Source: an uncultured delta proteobacterium (GTDB lineage Bacteria; Desulfobacterota; Binatia; HRBIN30; BPIQ01). From it: 64,000 nucleotides of DNA. The notes beneath the pieces are model-generated. The model did no database searches. It was not told the origin of the DNA and saw nothing but the letters and a program-made list of their open reading frames with translations. Both the position numbers and the translations under genes were made by a program. Shown in pieces: positions 18,888 through 29,385 of the stretch. How positions within the stretch are numbered: position 1 is the first letter of the stretch; every line of letters starts with the position of its first letter. The stretch covers positions 224,001-288,000 of the forward strand of contig CAVXGR010000016.1 in NCBI GenBank assembly GCA_963761335.1, in the 5' to 3' direction.

Positions 18888-20689
18888 ACCCGATCGTCGA
18901 ACGCGGCGGCGCGCCGCGCATTCGCCTGTTGCCGACCCCGGTCGCCGAGCAGATCGCCGCCGGCGAGGTGGTCGAGCGCCCTGCCTCGGTGGTCAAGGAG
19001 CTGGTCGAGAACTCCATCGACGCCGGCGCCCGCCGCATCGACGTGGAGCTCACCGAGGGCGGCGTCGGCAGCATCGTCGTCGTCGACGACGGCGAGGGCA
19101 TGGGTCCCGAGGACGCGCTGCTCGCCTTTCGCCGCCACGCCACCAGCAAGATCGCCGACGCCGGCGACCTGCTGCGGGTCACCACCCTCGGCTTTCGCGG
19201 CGAGGCCCTGGCGGCGATCGCCGCGGTCGCCGACGTGCGCATGGTCACCCGCCCGCCGAGCCTCGAAGTGGCGACCCAGGTGCGCGTGCACGGTGGCGCG
19301 GTCGCCGACGTGCGCGAGACCGGTGCGCCGGTGGGCACGCGCCTCGAGGTGCGCGATCTGTTCTTCAATACTCCGGCGCGGCGCAAGTTCCTGAAGACGC
19401 CGGGCACCGAGGTCGGACACGTCAACGAGCTGGTGGTCCGCTGCGCGCTCGCCTGCCCGTCGATCGGCTTCACCCTGCGGCACGCCGAGCGCACGCTGGT
19501 CGAGCTTCCCGCCGTCGAGCGCCCCGAGGATCGACTGGCGCAGGTCTTCGGCCGCGAGCGCGCCGCGGCAATGCGGCCGCTGGCGGAGCGCGGCGCCGCC
19601 GGCGCGGTGCACGGCTGGGTGACCGACCCGCACGCCAACTTCCCCACGGCGCGCCACGTCTACACCTACGTCAACGGCCGCTTCGTCAAGGACCGACTGG
19701 TCACCCACGCTCTCCTCGCCGGCTACAGCACCCTGCTCATGCAGGGCCGCTATCCCGGCGCCGTACTGTTTCTCCAGGTGGCGCCCGAGGAGGTCGACGT
19801 CAACGTGCATCCGGCCAAGGCCGAGGTCCGCTTCCGCCGCAGCGGCCTGGTGCACGAGCTGATCACCCGCAGTGTCAGTGGCCGACTGCGGGCGGCAGTC
19901 GTCGCCGCCGCGGAGAGCGGGGAGCGGCCACCGGCGAGCGCGCCGCTTCCCGGGTTCCGGCCCGAGCCGCTGCCGCTGCGCTCGGGGCCCTACGTGCCGC
20001 TGCGCCTGGTGCCGATGCCGCCGGGTGTCGGGTCACCGCCGCCGGCGGCGGCGCCGCAGTTCGCGCTGCCGGCCAGGCCCGCAGCGGAGCTGCCCGTCGA
20101 GGGCGGCTTCTTCTCCTCACTGCGCGTCGTCGGCCAGCTGTTCGAGGGCTACCTCGTCTGCCAGAGCGGCGACGCCATGGTACTCATCGACCAGCACGCC
20201 GCCCACGAGCGCGTCTCCTTCGAACGGCTGCGCCGCGCCTACGCCGCCGGCGGCGTCGTCCGCCAGCCGCTGCTGGTGCCCGCGGTGGTCGAGCTGCGGC
20301 CACGCGAGGCGGCGCTGCTCACCGACGCCTGCGAGGCCCTCGAGCGCATCGGCTTCGAGCTCGAGCCCTTCGGCACCAACAGCTTCGCGGTGCGCGCCGT
20401 GCCGGCGCTGCTCGCCGACGCCAACCCCGCCACCCTGGTTCACGATTTGATCGAAGAGCTCGCCGAGGAGGGCAGCTCGCGCCGCCTCACCGACGCCGCC
20501 GAGGACGTGCTCGCCACGCTCGCCTGCCACAGCGCCGTGCGCATCGGCCAGTCCCTCAACTCCGAGCAGATCCGCTCGCTGCTGATCGCCATGGACAGCA
20601 TCGACTTCGCCGGCAACTGCCCGCACGGCCGGCCGGCGTTTCTCACCTTCCCGCGCGGCGAGCTGGAGCGAAGATTCCGCAGGAGCTGA
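18884..20689 (+). CDS. mutL: DNA mismatch repair endonuclease MutL
   Basis: IAAGEVVERP, GFRGEAL, DQHAAHER, ACH, CPHGRP; GTG overlaps the pgi-like stop. Confidence 0.96.
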   Translation: MNPIVERGGAPRIRLLPTPVAEQIAAGEVVERPASVVKELVENSIDAGARRIDVELTEGGVGSIVVVDDGEGMGPEDALLAFRRHATSKIADAGDLLRVTTLGFRGEALAAIAAVADVRMVTRPPSLEVATQVRVHGGAVADVRETGAPVGTRLEVRDLFFNTPARRKFLKTPGTEVGHVNELVVRCALACPSIGFTLRHAERTLVELPAVERPEDRLAQVFGRERAAAMRPLAERGAAGAVHGWVTDPHANFPTARHVYTYVNGRFVKDRLVTHALLAGYSTLLMQGRYPGAVLFLQVAPEEVDVNVHPAKAEVRFRRSGLVHELITRSVSGRLRAAVVAAAESGERPPASAPLPGFRPEPLPLRSGPYVPLRLVPMPPGVGSPPPAAAPQFALPARPAAELPVEGGFFSSLRVVGQLFEGYLVCQSGDAMVLIDQHAAHERVSFERLRRAYAAGGVVRQPLLVPAVVELRPREAALLTDACEALERIGFELEPFGTNSFAVRAVPALLADANPATLVHDLIEELAEEGSSRRLTDAAEDVLATLACHSAVRIGQSLNSEQIRSLLIAMDSIDFAGNCPHGRPAFLTFPRGELERRFRRS

Positions 20690-20740
20690 GGGGTTGAGGT
20701 GTTGGGTGCTTTTGGGGGAGAGGCGCTGCAGGCGGGGAGG

Positions 20741-20911
20741 AACGCAAGGACGCAAAGACGCAAAGCCGGGCTGCTGTTATCGGGGGTTGCGCCTGAGTCG
20801 GTGCGGGAGACGCGCTGCGTATGCGCCAGACCAGCCTCTTATCTCGCCGCTCGCGAAAGCCGCATCACCGTCTCTGGGCAGGCCGGCTTTGCGCCTTTGC
20901 GTCTTTGCGTT
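20741..20911. repeat. family F palindrome built of GACGCAAA-type octamers
   Basis: Arms 20741-20769 and 20883-20911 are inverted, 27/29 identical; related half-arms near 36551 and 47455. Confidence 0.8.
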
Positions 20912-20985
20912 CTACGGAGGCCGAGACTGTTGCGGCCAAGCTGGCCGCGCTCCCAAGGCGGCTCAACACCGTCCCGGCGGCGGGT

Positions 20986-21057
20986 GGGGACAGGCAACTT
21001 TTGCGGCCGAGATCCTTGCTCTCGAGTGATTCCGCGGGGCAAAAGTAGCCTGTCCCC
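20986..21057. repeat. family E palindromic REP-like element
   Basis: GGGGACAGGCAACTTTTGC ... GCAAAAGTAGCCTGTCCCC (18/19 inverted). Confidence 0.8.
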
Positions 21058-21981
21058 ATGCTCGACACCTCAACCCCTCGTCCCATCGCCCTCGTCGGTC
21101 CGACGGCTTCGGGAAAGACGGAGCTGGCCATCGAGCTGGCGCGGCGGTTTGACGCCGAGATCGTCGGCGCTGACTCCCGGCAGGTCTACCGGGGGCTCGA
21201 CGTTGGCAGCGCCAAGCCGACGGCGGCGCAGCGCGCCGCCGTGCCCCATCACCTGATCGACGTCGCCGAGCCGGACGAGGTGTTCAACTGCGCTCGCTTT
21301 CGCGAGCTGGCGCTCGAGGCGATCGGCGACATCCGGGCCCGCGGGAAGCGGGTCCTCGTCGTCGGGGGCACCGGGCTCTATGTGAGGGTCCTGCGCCACG
21401 GTCTGTTCCCCGGGCCCGGGCGCGACCCCGATCTTCGACGGCGCCTGACGGCAGAGGAGGATGCGGCCCCCGGTGCTCTGCACCGGCGCCTCGAGGAGGT
21501 CGATCCGGCGGCGGCGGCGCGCCTGCACGCGCGCGACCGCGTCCGTTTGATCCGCGCCCTCGAGGTCTACGAGCTCAGCGGCCGGCCGATCAGTGCCTGG
21601 CAGGCGGAGCACCGCTTCGCAAACGGTGGGCAGGAGATGACCGTCATCGCTCTCGAGCTGCCGCGCGCCGAGATCTACGCGCGCATCGAGGCCCGCTGCG
21701 CGGCGATGATCGAGGGCGGTCTGATCGAGGAGGTGAGGGGATTGCTCGACGCCGGCTACGCGCCCGAGCTTCCCGCCTTGCAGAGCCCCGGCTACCGCGA
21801 GATCGGCGAGTATCTGCGCGGCCTCTGCGACCTCGACACGGCGCGCGAGCGCGTGGCGCGCGCCACCCGCCGCCTGGCGAAGCGGCAGATGACCTGGCTG
21901 CGCGGCGAGGCGGAGATCGTCTGGTGTCCGCCGCGGCTGGAGGAGGTGGAGCGCATCGCCGAAGGCGTATGGGCGCGGTAG
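21058..21981 (+). CDS. miaA: tRNA dimethylallyltransferase
   Basis: GPTASGKT, DSRQVY, VGGTGLY, AKRQMTW. Confidence 0.96.
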   Translation: MLDTSTPRPIALVGPTASGKTELAIELARRFDAEIVGADSRQVYRGLDVGSAKPTAAQRAAVPHHLIDVAEPDEVFNCARFRELALEAIGDIRARGKRVLVVGGTGLYVRVLRHGLFPGPGRDPDLRRRLTAEEDAAPGALHRRLEEVDPAAAARLHARDRVRLIRALEVYELSGRPISAWQAEHRFANGGQEMTVIALELPRAEIYARIEARCAAMIEGGLIEEVRGLLDAGYAPELPALQSPGYREIGEYLRGLCDLDTARERVARATRRLAKRQMTWLRGEAEIVWCPPRLEEVERIAEGVWAR

Positions 21982-22081
21982 GGACACAGTGCATCATGAG
22001 CCTCACGGCTCACCAAAGACGATGAAATGAGGCTGGGGCTCCGCCCCGGCAGGAGATTTGGAGGTTCTCGCCTGGGCGAAG

Positions 22082-22282
22082 TTCGCCCCGGAGGGGCGGT
22101 GGCGTGTAGCCCCGGGTGAAACCCGGGGAAAAATGCGCGATCCGTCATACGCGCCCCGCCAGGGGCGCGGGCACATTTCCCTCGATGTCGGCGCGTCTAC
22201 GCCGATGATCAGCGCTGGGCGCGTGGGAAGCCTCATCGACGTGCTTCGCGCGACCTCTATGCCTGCGCCCCTCCGGGGCGCG
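22082..22282. repeat. family C REP cluster
   Basis: CGCCCCGGAGGGGCG, TAGCCCCGGGTGAAACCCGGGG, GCGCCCCGCCAGGGGCGC, GCGCCCCTCCGGGGCGC hairpins. Confidence 0.75.
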
Positions 22283-22306
22283 GACCTGGGCCGATGCCCG
22301 GGCGGC

Positions 22307-22385
22307 GGGGACAGGCACCTTTTCGGCGGCGAAGGCTGCATGCTTGAATGAAGGCGAGGCCTGCGCCGAAAAGGAGCCAGTCCCC
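22307..22385. repeat. family E palindromic REP-like element
   Basis: GGGGACAGGCACCTTTTCGGCG ... CGCCGAAAAGGAGCCAGTCCCC. Confidence 0.8.
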
Positions 22386-22572
22386 TTCTCCCCAGGTTTG
22401 CATTCGCGGCGCGCTTCGGGTAGCTAACCAGACCTGCTCGCCCCCCGATCCACTCGCATGACCCTTCCCGGTAGACAGAAAGTCCTTTGGCAGCCGTGCG
22501 CCCGGTGGTGGTGCGCCGCGGGCCGGTCTGCCAGCGGCTCGGCGGCGCGCACGACTATGGATTTCCGGAGGC

Positions 22573-23679
22573 ATGCCGGTGCCGCGCGCCCGCTCGCTTG
22601 ACGCCATCCGCGCCGACATCGATCGCATCGATGAAGAGCTCCTGGCGCTGCTCAACCGGCGCGCCGAGCTGGCGATCGAGGTCGGTCACCGCAAGGCTCA
22701 GGATCGCAAGCGCACCTTCGCTCCGGAGCGCGAAAAGCGCGTCCTTGGGCGATTGGAGTCGCTCAACCGCGGACCGCTGCGCGCCGACATGGTGCGGCCG
22801 ATCTTTCGCGAGGTGATCTCCGCCTGCCGCTCGCTCGAGCAGCCCCTGCGCATCGCTTTCCTGGGACCCGAGGGGACCTTCTCCCATCTGGCGGCGCGCC
22901 AGCAGTTCGGCGCCGCCAGCGAGCTGGCGCCAGCGTCGACCATCAGCGCCGTCTTCGACGAGGTGGAGCACGGCCGCGCCGACTACGGCATCGTACCGGT
23001 GGAGAACTCGAGCGAGGGGGTGGTGACGGCGACCATGGATCGCTTCGTCAACTCGCCGCTGTCGATCAAGGCGGAGGCACTGCTGCCGGTGAATCTCCTG
23101 CTGCTCTCGCGCAGCGGCCGGCGCGAGGCGGTGCGTCGCATCGTCTCCATGGCGCAGCCGCTCGGCCAGTGCCGCGGCTGGCTGGCGAGGAATCTGCCCG
23201 GCATCCCCATCGACGAGGTGTCGAGCACCGCCAAGGCCGCGGCCCTCGCCTCCCGCGACCAGGGTGTCGCCGCCGTCGCCGGCGTGCTGGCGCAGGAGCG
23301 CTACAAGCTGCGGGTGGTGGCGGCCAATATCCAGGATCAGCCGAAGAACTTCACCCGCTTTCTGGTTCTCACCTCCGACGGCACCGCGCCGCGCAGCGGC
23401 GACGACAAGTCGACTCTGCTGTTCTCGGTGCGCCATGAGGCGGGAGCCCTCTACCGCGTGCTGCGTCCGTTCGCCGATCACAAGGTGAACCTGCTGAGCA
23501 TCGAGTCGCGTCCCCTGAAGGGCCGCCCGTGGGAGTACGTCTTCTTCCTCGACGTCAGCGGCCACCTGGAGGAGGCCCGCCTCGCCCGCGCCCTGGAGGC
23601 GCTGCGGCCGCGCTGCGTGTCCCTGCGGGTCCTGGGCTCCTACCCGGTGTCGCGCACGCTGGAGTCGCGATGGAAGTGA
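22573..23679 (+). CDS. pheA: chorismate mutase/prephenate dehydratase
   Basis: N-terminal CM domain, LGPEGTFS, VPVENS, NFTRF, IESRP ACT domain. Confidence 0.95.
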   Translation: MPVPRARSLDAIRADIDRIDEELLALLNRRAELAIEVGHRKAQDRKRTFAPEREKRVLGRLESLNRGPLRADMVRPIFREVISACRSLEQPLRIAFLGPEGTFSHLAARQQFGAASELAPASTISAVFDEVEHGRADYGIVPVENSSEGVVTATMDRFVNSPLSIKAEALLPVNLLLLSRSGRREAVRRIVSMAQPLGQCRGWLARNLPGIPIDEVSSTAKAAALASRDQGVAAVAGVLAQERYKLRVVAANIQDQPKNFTRFLVLTSDGTAPRSGDDKSTLLFSVRHEAGALYRVLRPFADHKVNLLSIESRPLKGRPWEYVFFLDVSGHLEEARLARALEALRPRCVSLRVLGSYPVSRTLESRWK

Positions 23680-24788
23680 AGAACCTCGTCCCCGACTGGG
23701 TCCGCTCCCTGACCCCGTATCCGCCGGGCAAGCCGATCGAGGAGCTGGAGCGGGAGTACGGCGTCCACGACTCGATCAAGCTGGCGTCCAACGAGAATCC
23801 GCTGGGTCCCTCGCCAAAGGCGCTGGCGGCGCTGCAGCAGGCGATCGGCGAGGTGCACCGCTATCCGGACGGCAGCGCCTACTACCTGCGGCGCGCCCTG
23901 GCGCAGAAGCTGCAGATCTCCCCCGAGACACTCATCTTCGGCAACGGCTCCAACGAGATCATCGAGCTCGCCGTGCGCACCTTCCTGCGCCCGGGCGAGG
24001 AAGCGGTGATGGCCGACCAGGCATTCGTCATCTATCGCATGACCGTGCAGGCGGCGGGCGGGCGGGCGACGCTGGTGCCGCTCAGCGACTTCACCCACGA
24101 TCTCGAGGCGATCGCCGAAGCCATCGGCCCGACCACCAAGATGGTGTTCCTGGCCAACCCCAACAACCCGACCGGAACCATCTTCTTTCGCGCCGCCTGG
24201 GAGGACTTCCTGCGCGCCCTGCCGCCACGGGTGATCATCGTCATGGACGAGGCCTACGCCGAGTTCGTCGACGATCCCCGCTACCCGAGCTCGCTCGAGG
24301 ACCACGGCAGCGGTCACCTGCTGATCACCCTGCGGACCTTCTCCAAGATCTACGGTCTCGCCGGCCTGCGCGTCGGCTATGGCGTGGCGGCGCCGGAGCT
24401 GATCGATCTCATGAACCGGGTGCGCCAGCCGTTCAACGTCAGCACCCTGGCGCAGGTGGCGGCGGCCGCGGCTCTCGGCGACGACGAGCACGTGGAGCGC
24501 ACGCGCGAGGCGAACCGCCGGGGCGCCGAGTACCTGAAGCGCGAGTGCGAGCGCCTCGGCCTCGCCTGGGTGCCGAGCTGGGCGAACTTTCTCCTGGTGC
24601 AGGTCGGCAACGGCGCGCAGATGTACGAGCGACTGCTGCGCCGCGGCGTCATCGTGCGCCCGATGGTCTTCTACGGCTTCCCGGATCACGTGCGCGTGAC
24701 CATCGGCACGGCGCCGGAGAACGAGCGCTTCATCGCCGCCCTCGAAGAGGTGCTGGCGGATCGGGCCACGCGTGACCAGGCGTTTTGA
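23670..24788 (+). CDS. hisC: histidinol-phosphate aminotransferase
   Basis: KLASNENP, NPNNPTG, DEAY, RTFSKIYGLAGLR. Confidence 0.95.
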   Translation: MEVKNLVPDWVRSLTPYPPGKPIEELEREYGVHDSIKLASNENPLGPSPKALAALQQAIGEVHRYPDGSAYYLRRALAQKLQISPETLIFGNGSNEIIELAVRTFLRPGEEAVMADQAFVIYRMTVQAAGGRATLVPLSDFTHDLEAIAEAIGPTTKMVFLANPNNPTGTIFFRAAWEDFLRALPPRVIIVMDEAYAEFVDDPRYPSSLEDHGSGHLLITLRTFSKIYGLAGLRVGYGVAAPELIDLMNRVRQPFNVSTLAQVAAAAALGDDEHVERTREANRRGAEYLKRECERLGLAWVPSWANFLLVQVGNGAQMYERLLRRGVIVRPMVFYGFPDHVRVTIGTAPENERFIAALEEVLADRATRDQAF

Positions 24789-25626
24789 CCGCATGCTCCT
24801 GGCCGGGGTCGGCCTGATCGGCGGCTCGCTGGCGCTGGCAGCGCGGCGCGCCGGCCTGGTCGGTGAGGTGATCGGGCTGGGGCGCACGCGGCAGAACCTC
24901 GAGGTTGCCCTGGAGCGCGGCATCATCGATGGCGCCGCCGACGACCGCTCCAGCGCCGCCCGCGGCGCCGATCTCGTCGTCCTCGCCGTCCCGGTCGCGG
25001 CAACTGCGCGTCTGGCCGCCGAGCTGCGTCCGTCCATCGGGGCGAACGCCGTGGTCACCGACGTCGGCAGCGTCAAGGCGCGGGTGGTGCGCGAGGTCAC
25101 CGCGGCCTTGGAGGGAACCGGCCATTTCGTCGGCGCGCATCCGATTGCCGGGACCGCCGACTCGGGCGCCGCGGCGGCGCAGGAGAATCTCTTCCGCGGG
25201 GCGCGCTGCATTCTCACGCCGACGGAAGATACCGACGGGGAGGCGCTGGCGCAGGTCCGCGGCCTGTGGGAAGGCGTGGGTGCGTTGGTCGAGGAGCTGC
25301 GCCCGGAGCGCCATGACCAGGTACTCGCCTGGGTCAGTCACGCGCCACACTATCTCGCATATGCTCTGATGGGTGCGGCGCCGGTGGAGGTCCATGCTTA
25401 CGCCGGCCCGAGCTTCCGCGACCTCACCCGGGTCGCCGGCAGCGCCGCCGAGATGTGGCGCGACATCAGCCTCTACAACGCCGCCGCCATCGAGGAGGTC
25501 CTGGAGTCGGTGCTGGCGCGTCTCGAGGATCTGCGCGAGGCGCTGCGGCTCGGCGATGCCGAGGCCCTCACGCGGCTCTTCGACGAGGCGCGGCGGGCGC
25601 GCCGGGCGTTGGAGACGCCCGCGTGA
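24772..25626 (+). CDS. tyrA: prephenate/arogenate dehydrogenase
   Basis: GVGLIGGS, DVGSVK, HPIAG, SHAPH, TRVA. Confidence 0.93.
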   Translation: MTRRFDRMLLAGVGLIGGSLALAARRAGLVGEVIGLGRTRQNLEVALERGIIDGAADDRSSAARGADLVVLAVPVAATARLAAELRPSIGANAVVTDVGSVKARVVREVTAALEGTGHFVGAHPIAGTADSGAAAAQENLFRGARCILTPTEDTDGEALAQVRGLWEGVGALVEELRPERHDQVLAWVSHAPHYLAYALMGAAPVEVHAYAGPSFRDLTRVAGSAAEMWRDISLYNAAAIEEVLESVLARLEDLREALRLGDAEALTRLFDEARRARRALETPA

Positions 25627-26894
25627 CGGCGGTCCTGAAGATCGCTCCCCTGCGTCAGCCGCCGGATGCCTGCGTGCGCGTGCCCGGCTCGAAGAGCATC
25701 ACCAACCGCGCTCTACTGCTGGCGGCGCTGGCGGAGGGGGAGAGCGCCGTGCGCGGCGCCCTCTTCAGCGATGACACCGCGGTGATGGCCGAGTCGCTGC
25801 GGCGGCTCGGCGTCGAGGTGCGCGCCGACGCCGCTGCCGAGCGCTTCGACGTCCGCGGCAGCGGCGGCTGCCTGCCGGCGCCCGCAGCCGAGCTCCAGGT
25901 GGGCAACGCCGGGACCGCGGCCCGCTTTCTGGTCGCCTGCACCTGCCTGGGGCACGGCCGCTTCGTCGTCGACGGCGGCGAGCGCATGCGACAGCGACCG
26001 ATCAGCGATCTGCTCGAGGCGCTGGCGGCTCTCGGGGCGCAGCTCTCCAGCCCCAGCGGCTGCCCTCCGGTGACGGTCGTCGCCGACGGCCTGCCTGGCG
26101 GAAGGGCGGCGGTGCGCGGTGGCCGCAGCAGCCAGTATCTCTCGGCCCTGCTCATGGTGGCGCCATATGCGCGCCAGGACGTGGAGCTGGCGGTTTCGGG
26201 CGAGCTCATCGCCAAGCCCTACGTCGACATGACCATCGCCGTCATGCACCAGTTCGGCGTCGAGGTGGAGCGACACGGCTACGCCAGCTTCCGGGTGCGC
26301 TGCGGCCAGCGCTATGCCGGCCGCGATTACGCCGTCGAGGCCGACGCTTCCAGCGCCCACTACTTTCTCGCGGCGGCGGCGCTGACCGGTGGCCGTGTGC
26401 GGGTCGAGGGAATCGGCACGTCCTCGCTGCAGGGAGACGCCCGCTTCGCCGACGTGCTGGCGGCGATGGGCGCGAGGGTGGAGCGCGGCGCGGAGTCGAC
26501 GACGGTGCGGGGTGCCCGGCTGCGCGGCATCGACGTCGACATGAACGATATCTCCGACACGGCGCTCACCCTCGCCGTCCTTGCGCCCTTCGCCTCGGGG
26601 CCGGTGCGCATCCGCGGCGTGGGCCACATCCGCCAGCAGGAGAGCGAGCGCGTCGCCGCCGTCACCGCGGAGCTGCGCAAGCTCGGCGCCAACGTGCGCG
26701 AGCGCAGCGACGGCTGGGAGATCGAGCCCTCGGAGCTGCACGGCGGTGAGGTGGACACCTACGACGATCACCGTATCGCCATGGCCTTCGCGCTGCTGGG
26801 CCTGCGCGTTCCGGGCGTGCTGATCCGCGATCCCGACTGCGTCGCCAAGACCTTTCCGGACTTCTTCGCGAGACTGGAGGGGCTGCGGCGATGA
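25623..26894 (+). CDS. aroA: 3-phosphoshikimate 1-carboxyvinyltransferase
   Basis: PGSKSITNR, GNAGTAARF, SSQYLS, DDHRIAM. Confidence 0.95.
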   Translation: MTAVLKIAPLRQPPDACVRVPGSKSITNRALLLAALAEGESAVRGALFSDDTAVMAESLRRLGVEVRADAAAERFDVRGSGGCLPAPAAELQVGNAGTAARFLVACTCLGHGRFVVDGGERMRQRPISDLLEALAALGAQLSSPSGCPPVTVVADGLPGGRAAVRGGRSSQYLSALLMVAPYARQDVELAVSGELIAKPYVDMTIAVMHQFGVEVERHGYASFRVRCGQRYAGRDYAVEADASSAHYFLAAAALTGGRVRVEGIGTSSLQGDARFADVLAAMGARVERGAESTTVRGARLRGIDVDMNDISDTALTLAVLAPFASGPVRIRGVGHIRQQESERVAAVTAELRKLGANVRERSDGWEIEPSELHGGEVDTYDDHRIAMAFALLGLRVPGVLIRDPDCVAKTFPDFFARLEGLRR

Positions 26895-27565
26895 GGGACG
26901 TCGTCGTCGCCATCGACGGGCCGGCGGGCGCCGGCAAGAGCAGCGTCAGCCGCACCGTGGCGCGCCAGCTCGGCTATCGCTACGTCGACACCGGCGCCAT
27001 GTACCGCGTCGTCGGCGTGCTGGCCGCCGAGGCCGGCGTGGCTCTCGACGACGGCGCGGCCCTGGCGTCGCTCTGCGATCGCGTCCGCATCCGCTTCGAG
27101 GAGCGCGACGCCGCCTTGGCGGTGCTCGTCGGCGACCGCGATCTGAGCCGCGACATTCGCCGCGCCGCCGCCGGTCAGCTGGCGTCCAAGGTCTCCGCCG
27201 TGCCGGCGGTGCGGGAGCGCCTGGTGGCCATGCAACGAGAGCTCGCCGCCGGTGGCGGCGTCGTCCTCGAGGGGCGCGACATCGGCACGGTGGTCTGCCC
27301 GGATGCTCCGGTCAAGATCTTTCTCGACGCCTCGGCGCGCGAGCGCGCCCAGCGGCGCGCGCTCGAGCTGCGGCAGCGCGGCGAGCCGGTCGATATCGAG
27401 GCCATGGCGCGCGACATGGAGGAGCGCGATCACCGCGATCGCACCCGGGCGCACTCGCCATTGCGGCCGGCCGCAGATGCGATTATGTTGGATACCACTT
27501 CACAGACGCTCGACCAGGTGGTCGCGCACGTCGTCAGACTCGTGCGCCGAGCGCAAACCGCTTGA
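26891..27565 (+). CDS. cmk: cytidylate kinase (bacterial type)
   Basis: AIDGPAGAGKS, DTGAMYR, EGRDIGTVV. Confidence 0.96.
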   Translation: MRDVVVAIDGPAGAGKSSVSRTVARQLGYRYVDTGAMYRVVGVLAAEAGVALDDGAALASLCDRVRIRFEERDAALAVLVGDRDLSRDIRRAAAGQLASKVSAVPAVRERLVAMQRELAAGGGVVLEGRDIGTVVCPDAPVKIFLDASARERAQRRALELRQRGEPVDIEAMARDMEERDHRDRTRAHSPLRPAADAIMLDTTSQTLDQVVAHVVRLVRRAQTA

Positions 27566-27590
27566 AAGTCTCAGGCCGTGGCGATATGTG
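27562..27590 (+). promoter_or_regulatory. putative rpsA promoter
   Basis: TTGAAA, 17-bp spacer, TATGTG. Confidence 0.35.
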
Positions 27591-27625
27591 GAAAACGATA
27601 ATTTCTCCGGGGGGTAATCTCCGTA

Positions 27626-29356
27626 ATGGATGAACACCAGGTAGACGCTGAGCGGGCCGGGGAGGACGAGTTCCGGCAACTCTTCGAGCAGAGCATGCGC
27701 GCCGTCCGACCGGGCGACGTGGTCCGCGGGCGTGTAGTTACGGTGGGGCGCGACGCCGTCACCGTCGACATCGGCTACAAGTCGGAAGGGGTCATTCCGA
27801 TCCACGAGTTCATGGATCGCGAGGGCAACCTCGGCGTCCAGGAGGGCGATGACGTCGACGTCTATTTCGACGGCACCGACAGCGAGCACGGTGGTGTTCT
27901 CCTCTCCCGCGCCAAGGCGGAGCAGTTCAAGGTCTGGCACGACATCGAAGACGCCTTCCAGCGGGAGGGTGCCATCGAGGGAACCATCGTCGGCAAGGTG
28001 AAGGGCGGCCTCAAGGTCGATGTCGGCGTGCCGGCGTTCCTCCCCGGATCGCACGCCGACCTCCGCCCGGTCCGCAACCTCGATCGCTTCATCGGGCAGC
28101 GCGCCCGCTTCGCCATTCTCAAGTTCAACCGCGCCCGCGGCAACGTCGTGGTCTCGCGACGCGCCGTGATGGAGCGCGAGCGCGAGGCGTTGAAGGAGGA
28201 GACTCTCAAGGTTCTGGAGGAGGGCATCATCCTCGAGGGCACGGTGAAGAACATCACCGAGTACGGCGCCTTCGTCGATCTCGGCGGCATCGACGGTCTG
28301 CTGCACGTGACCGACATGTCGTGGGGCCGGGTGAACAAGCCCTCCGATATCGTCAACGTCGGCGACAAGCTGCGCGTCGTGGTTCTCAAGTACGACGCCG
28401 ACCGCGGCCGCGTGTCGCTCGGGATGAAGCAGATCATGCCGGACCCGTGGTCGTCGGTGGGCGAGCGCTATCCGGCCGGCTTGCGCGTCCATGGCAAGGT
28501 GGTCAGCGTCACCGACTACGGCGCCTTCGTCGAGCTCGAGCGCGGCATCGAGGGGCTGGTGCACGTCTCCGAGATGTCGTGGACCAAGCGCGTCACGCAT
28601 CCGTCCAAGGTGGTCGAGCCCGGCCAGGAGGTGGACGTCGTCGTTCTCGACGTCGACGGTCACAATCGCCGTATCTCGCTCGGCTTGAAGCAGGCCGAGC
28701 CGAACCCGTGGGAGATGGTGCGGGTCAATCACCCGATCGGCACGCGGGTCAGTGGCAAGGTGAAGAACATCACCGACTTCGGGCTGTTCATCGGCGTCGA
28801 GGAGGGTATCGACGGGCTGGTGCACATCTCCGACCTTCACTGGACGAAGAAGATCAAGCACCCCTCCGAGATGTACAAGAAGGGGGACGAGGTCGAGGCA
28901 GTCGTCCTCGGGATCGACGTCGACAACGAGCGCATCTCCCTCGGGGTCAAGCAGCTCACCCCGGATCCGTGGTCGTCCATGGGCGACCGCTACCCGATCG
29001 GCACCCGCGTCAAGGGCACGGTGACCTCGGTGGCCGACTTCGGCGTGTTCGTCGAGATCGAGGACGGCGTCGAGGGCCTCGTCCACGTCTCGCAGCTGAG
29101 CACCGATCGCGTCGACAAGCCGCAGTCGCTCTTCCAGCCCGGTCAGGAAATCGAGGCCGAGGTGACCAACGTCGACAGCCGCGAGCGCAAGATCGCGCTC
29201 AGCGTCAAGGCACTTCGCCGCTCCGAGGAGAAAGAGGAGATGGAGTCCTATCTCAAGCGCGAGCGCGAGGGCGCTCGCTTCTCCTTCGAGGACATCCTGG
29301 GTGAGGAGCTGCGGCTCGACCGGGACGAGCAGGGAGCGAAGAACAAGGACGAGTAG
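27626..29356 (+). CDS. rpsA: 30S ribosomal protein S1
   Basis: six S1 repeats (YGAFV..DGLLH etc.); follows cmk. Confidence 0.97.
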   Translation: MDEHQVDAERAGEDEFRQLFEQSMRAVRPGDVVRGRVVTVGRDAVTVDIGYKSEGVIPIHEFMDREGNLGVQEGDDVDVYFDGTDSEHGGVLLSRAKAEQFKVWHDIEDAFQREGAIEGTIVGKVKGGLKVDVGVPAFLPGSHADLRPVRNLDRFIGQRARFAILKFNRARGNVVVSRRAVMEREREALKEETLKVLEEGIILEGTVKNITEYGAFVDLGGIDGLLHVTDMSWGRVNKPSDIVNVGDKLRVVVLKYDADRGRVSLGMKQIMPDPWSSVGERYPAGLRVHGKVVSVTDYGAFVELERGIEGLVHVSEMSWTKRVTHPSKVVEPGQEVDVVVLDVDGHNRRISLGLKQAEPNPWEMVRVNHPIGTRVSGKVKNITDFGLFIGVEEGIDGLVHISDLHWTKKIKHPSEMYKKGDEVEAVVLGIDVDNERISLGVKQLTPDPWSSMGDRYPIGTRVKGTVTSVADFGVFVEIEDGVEGLVHVSQLSTDRVDKPQSLFQPGQEIEAEVTNVDSRERKIALSVKALRRSEEKEEMESYLKREREGARFSFEDILGEELRLDRDEQGAKNKDE

Positions 29357-29385
29357 CAGTCGCGCAGCACGGAAGTGGGCCGGCT

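Noticed and set aside
22390..22572. Riboswitch, attenuator or hfq between miaA and pheA
   Set aside because: No Phe-rich leader peptide, T-box or Hfq-like ORF was recognisable
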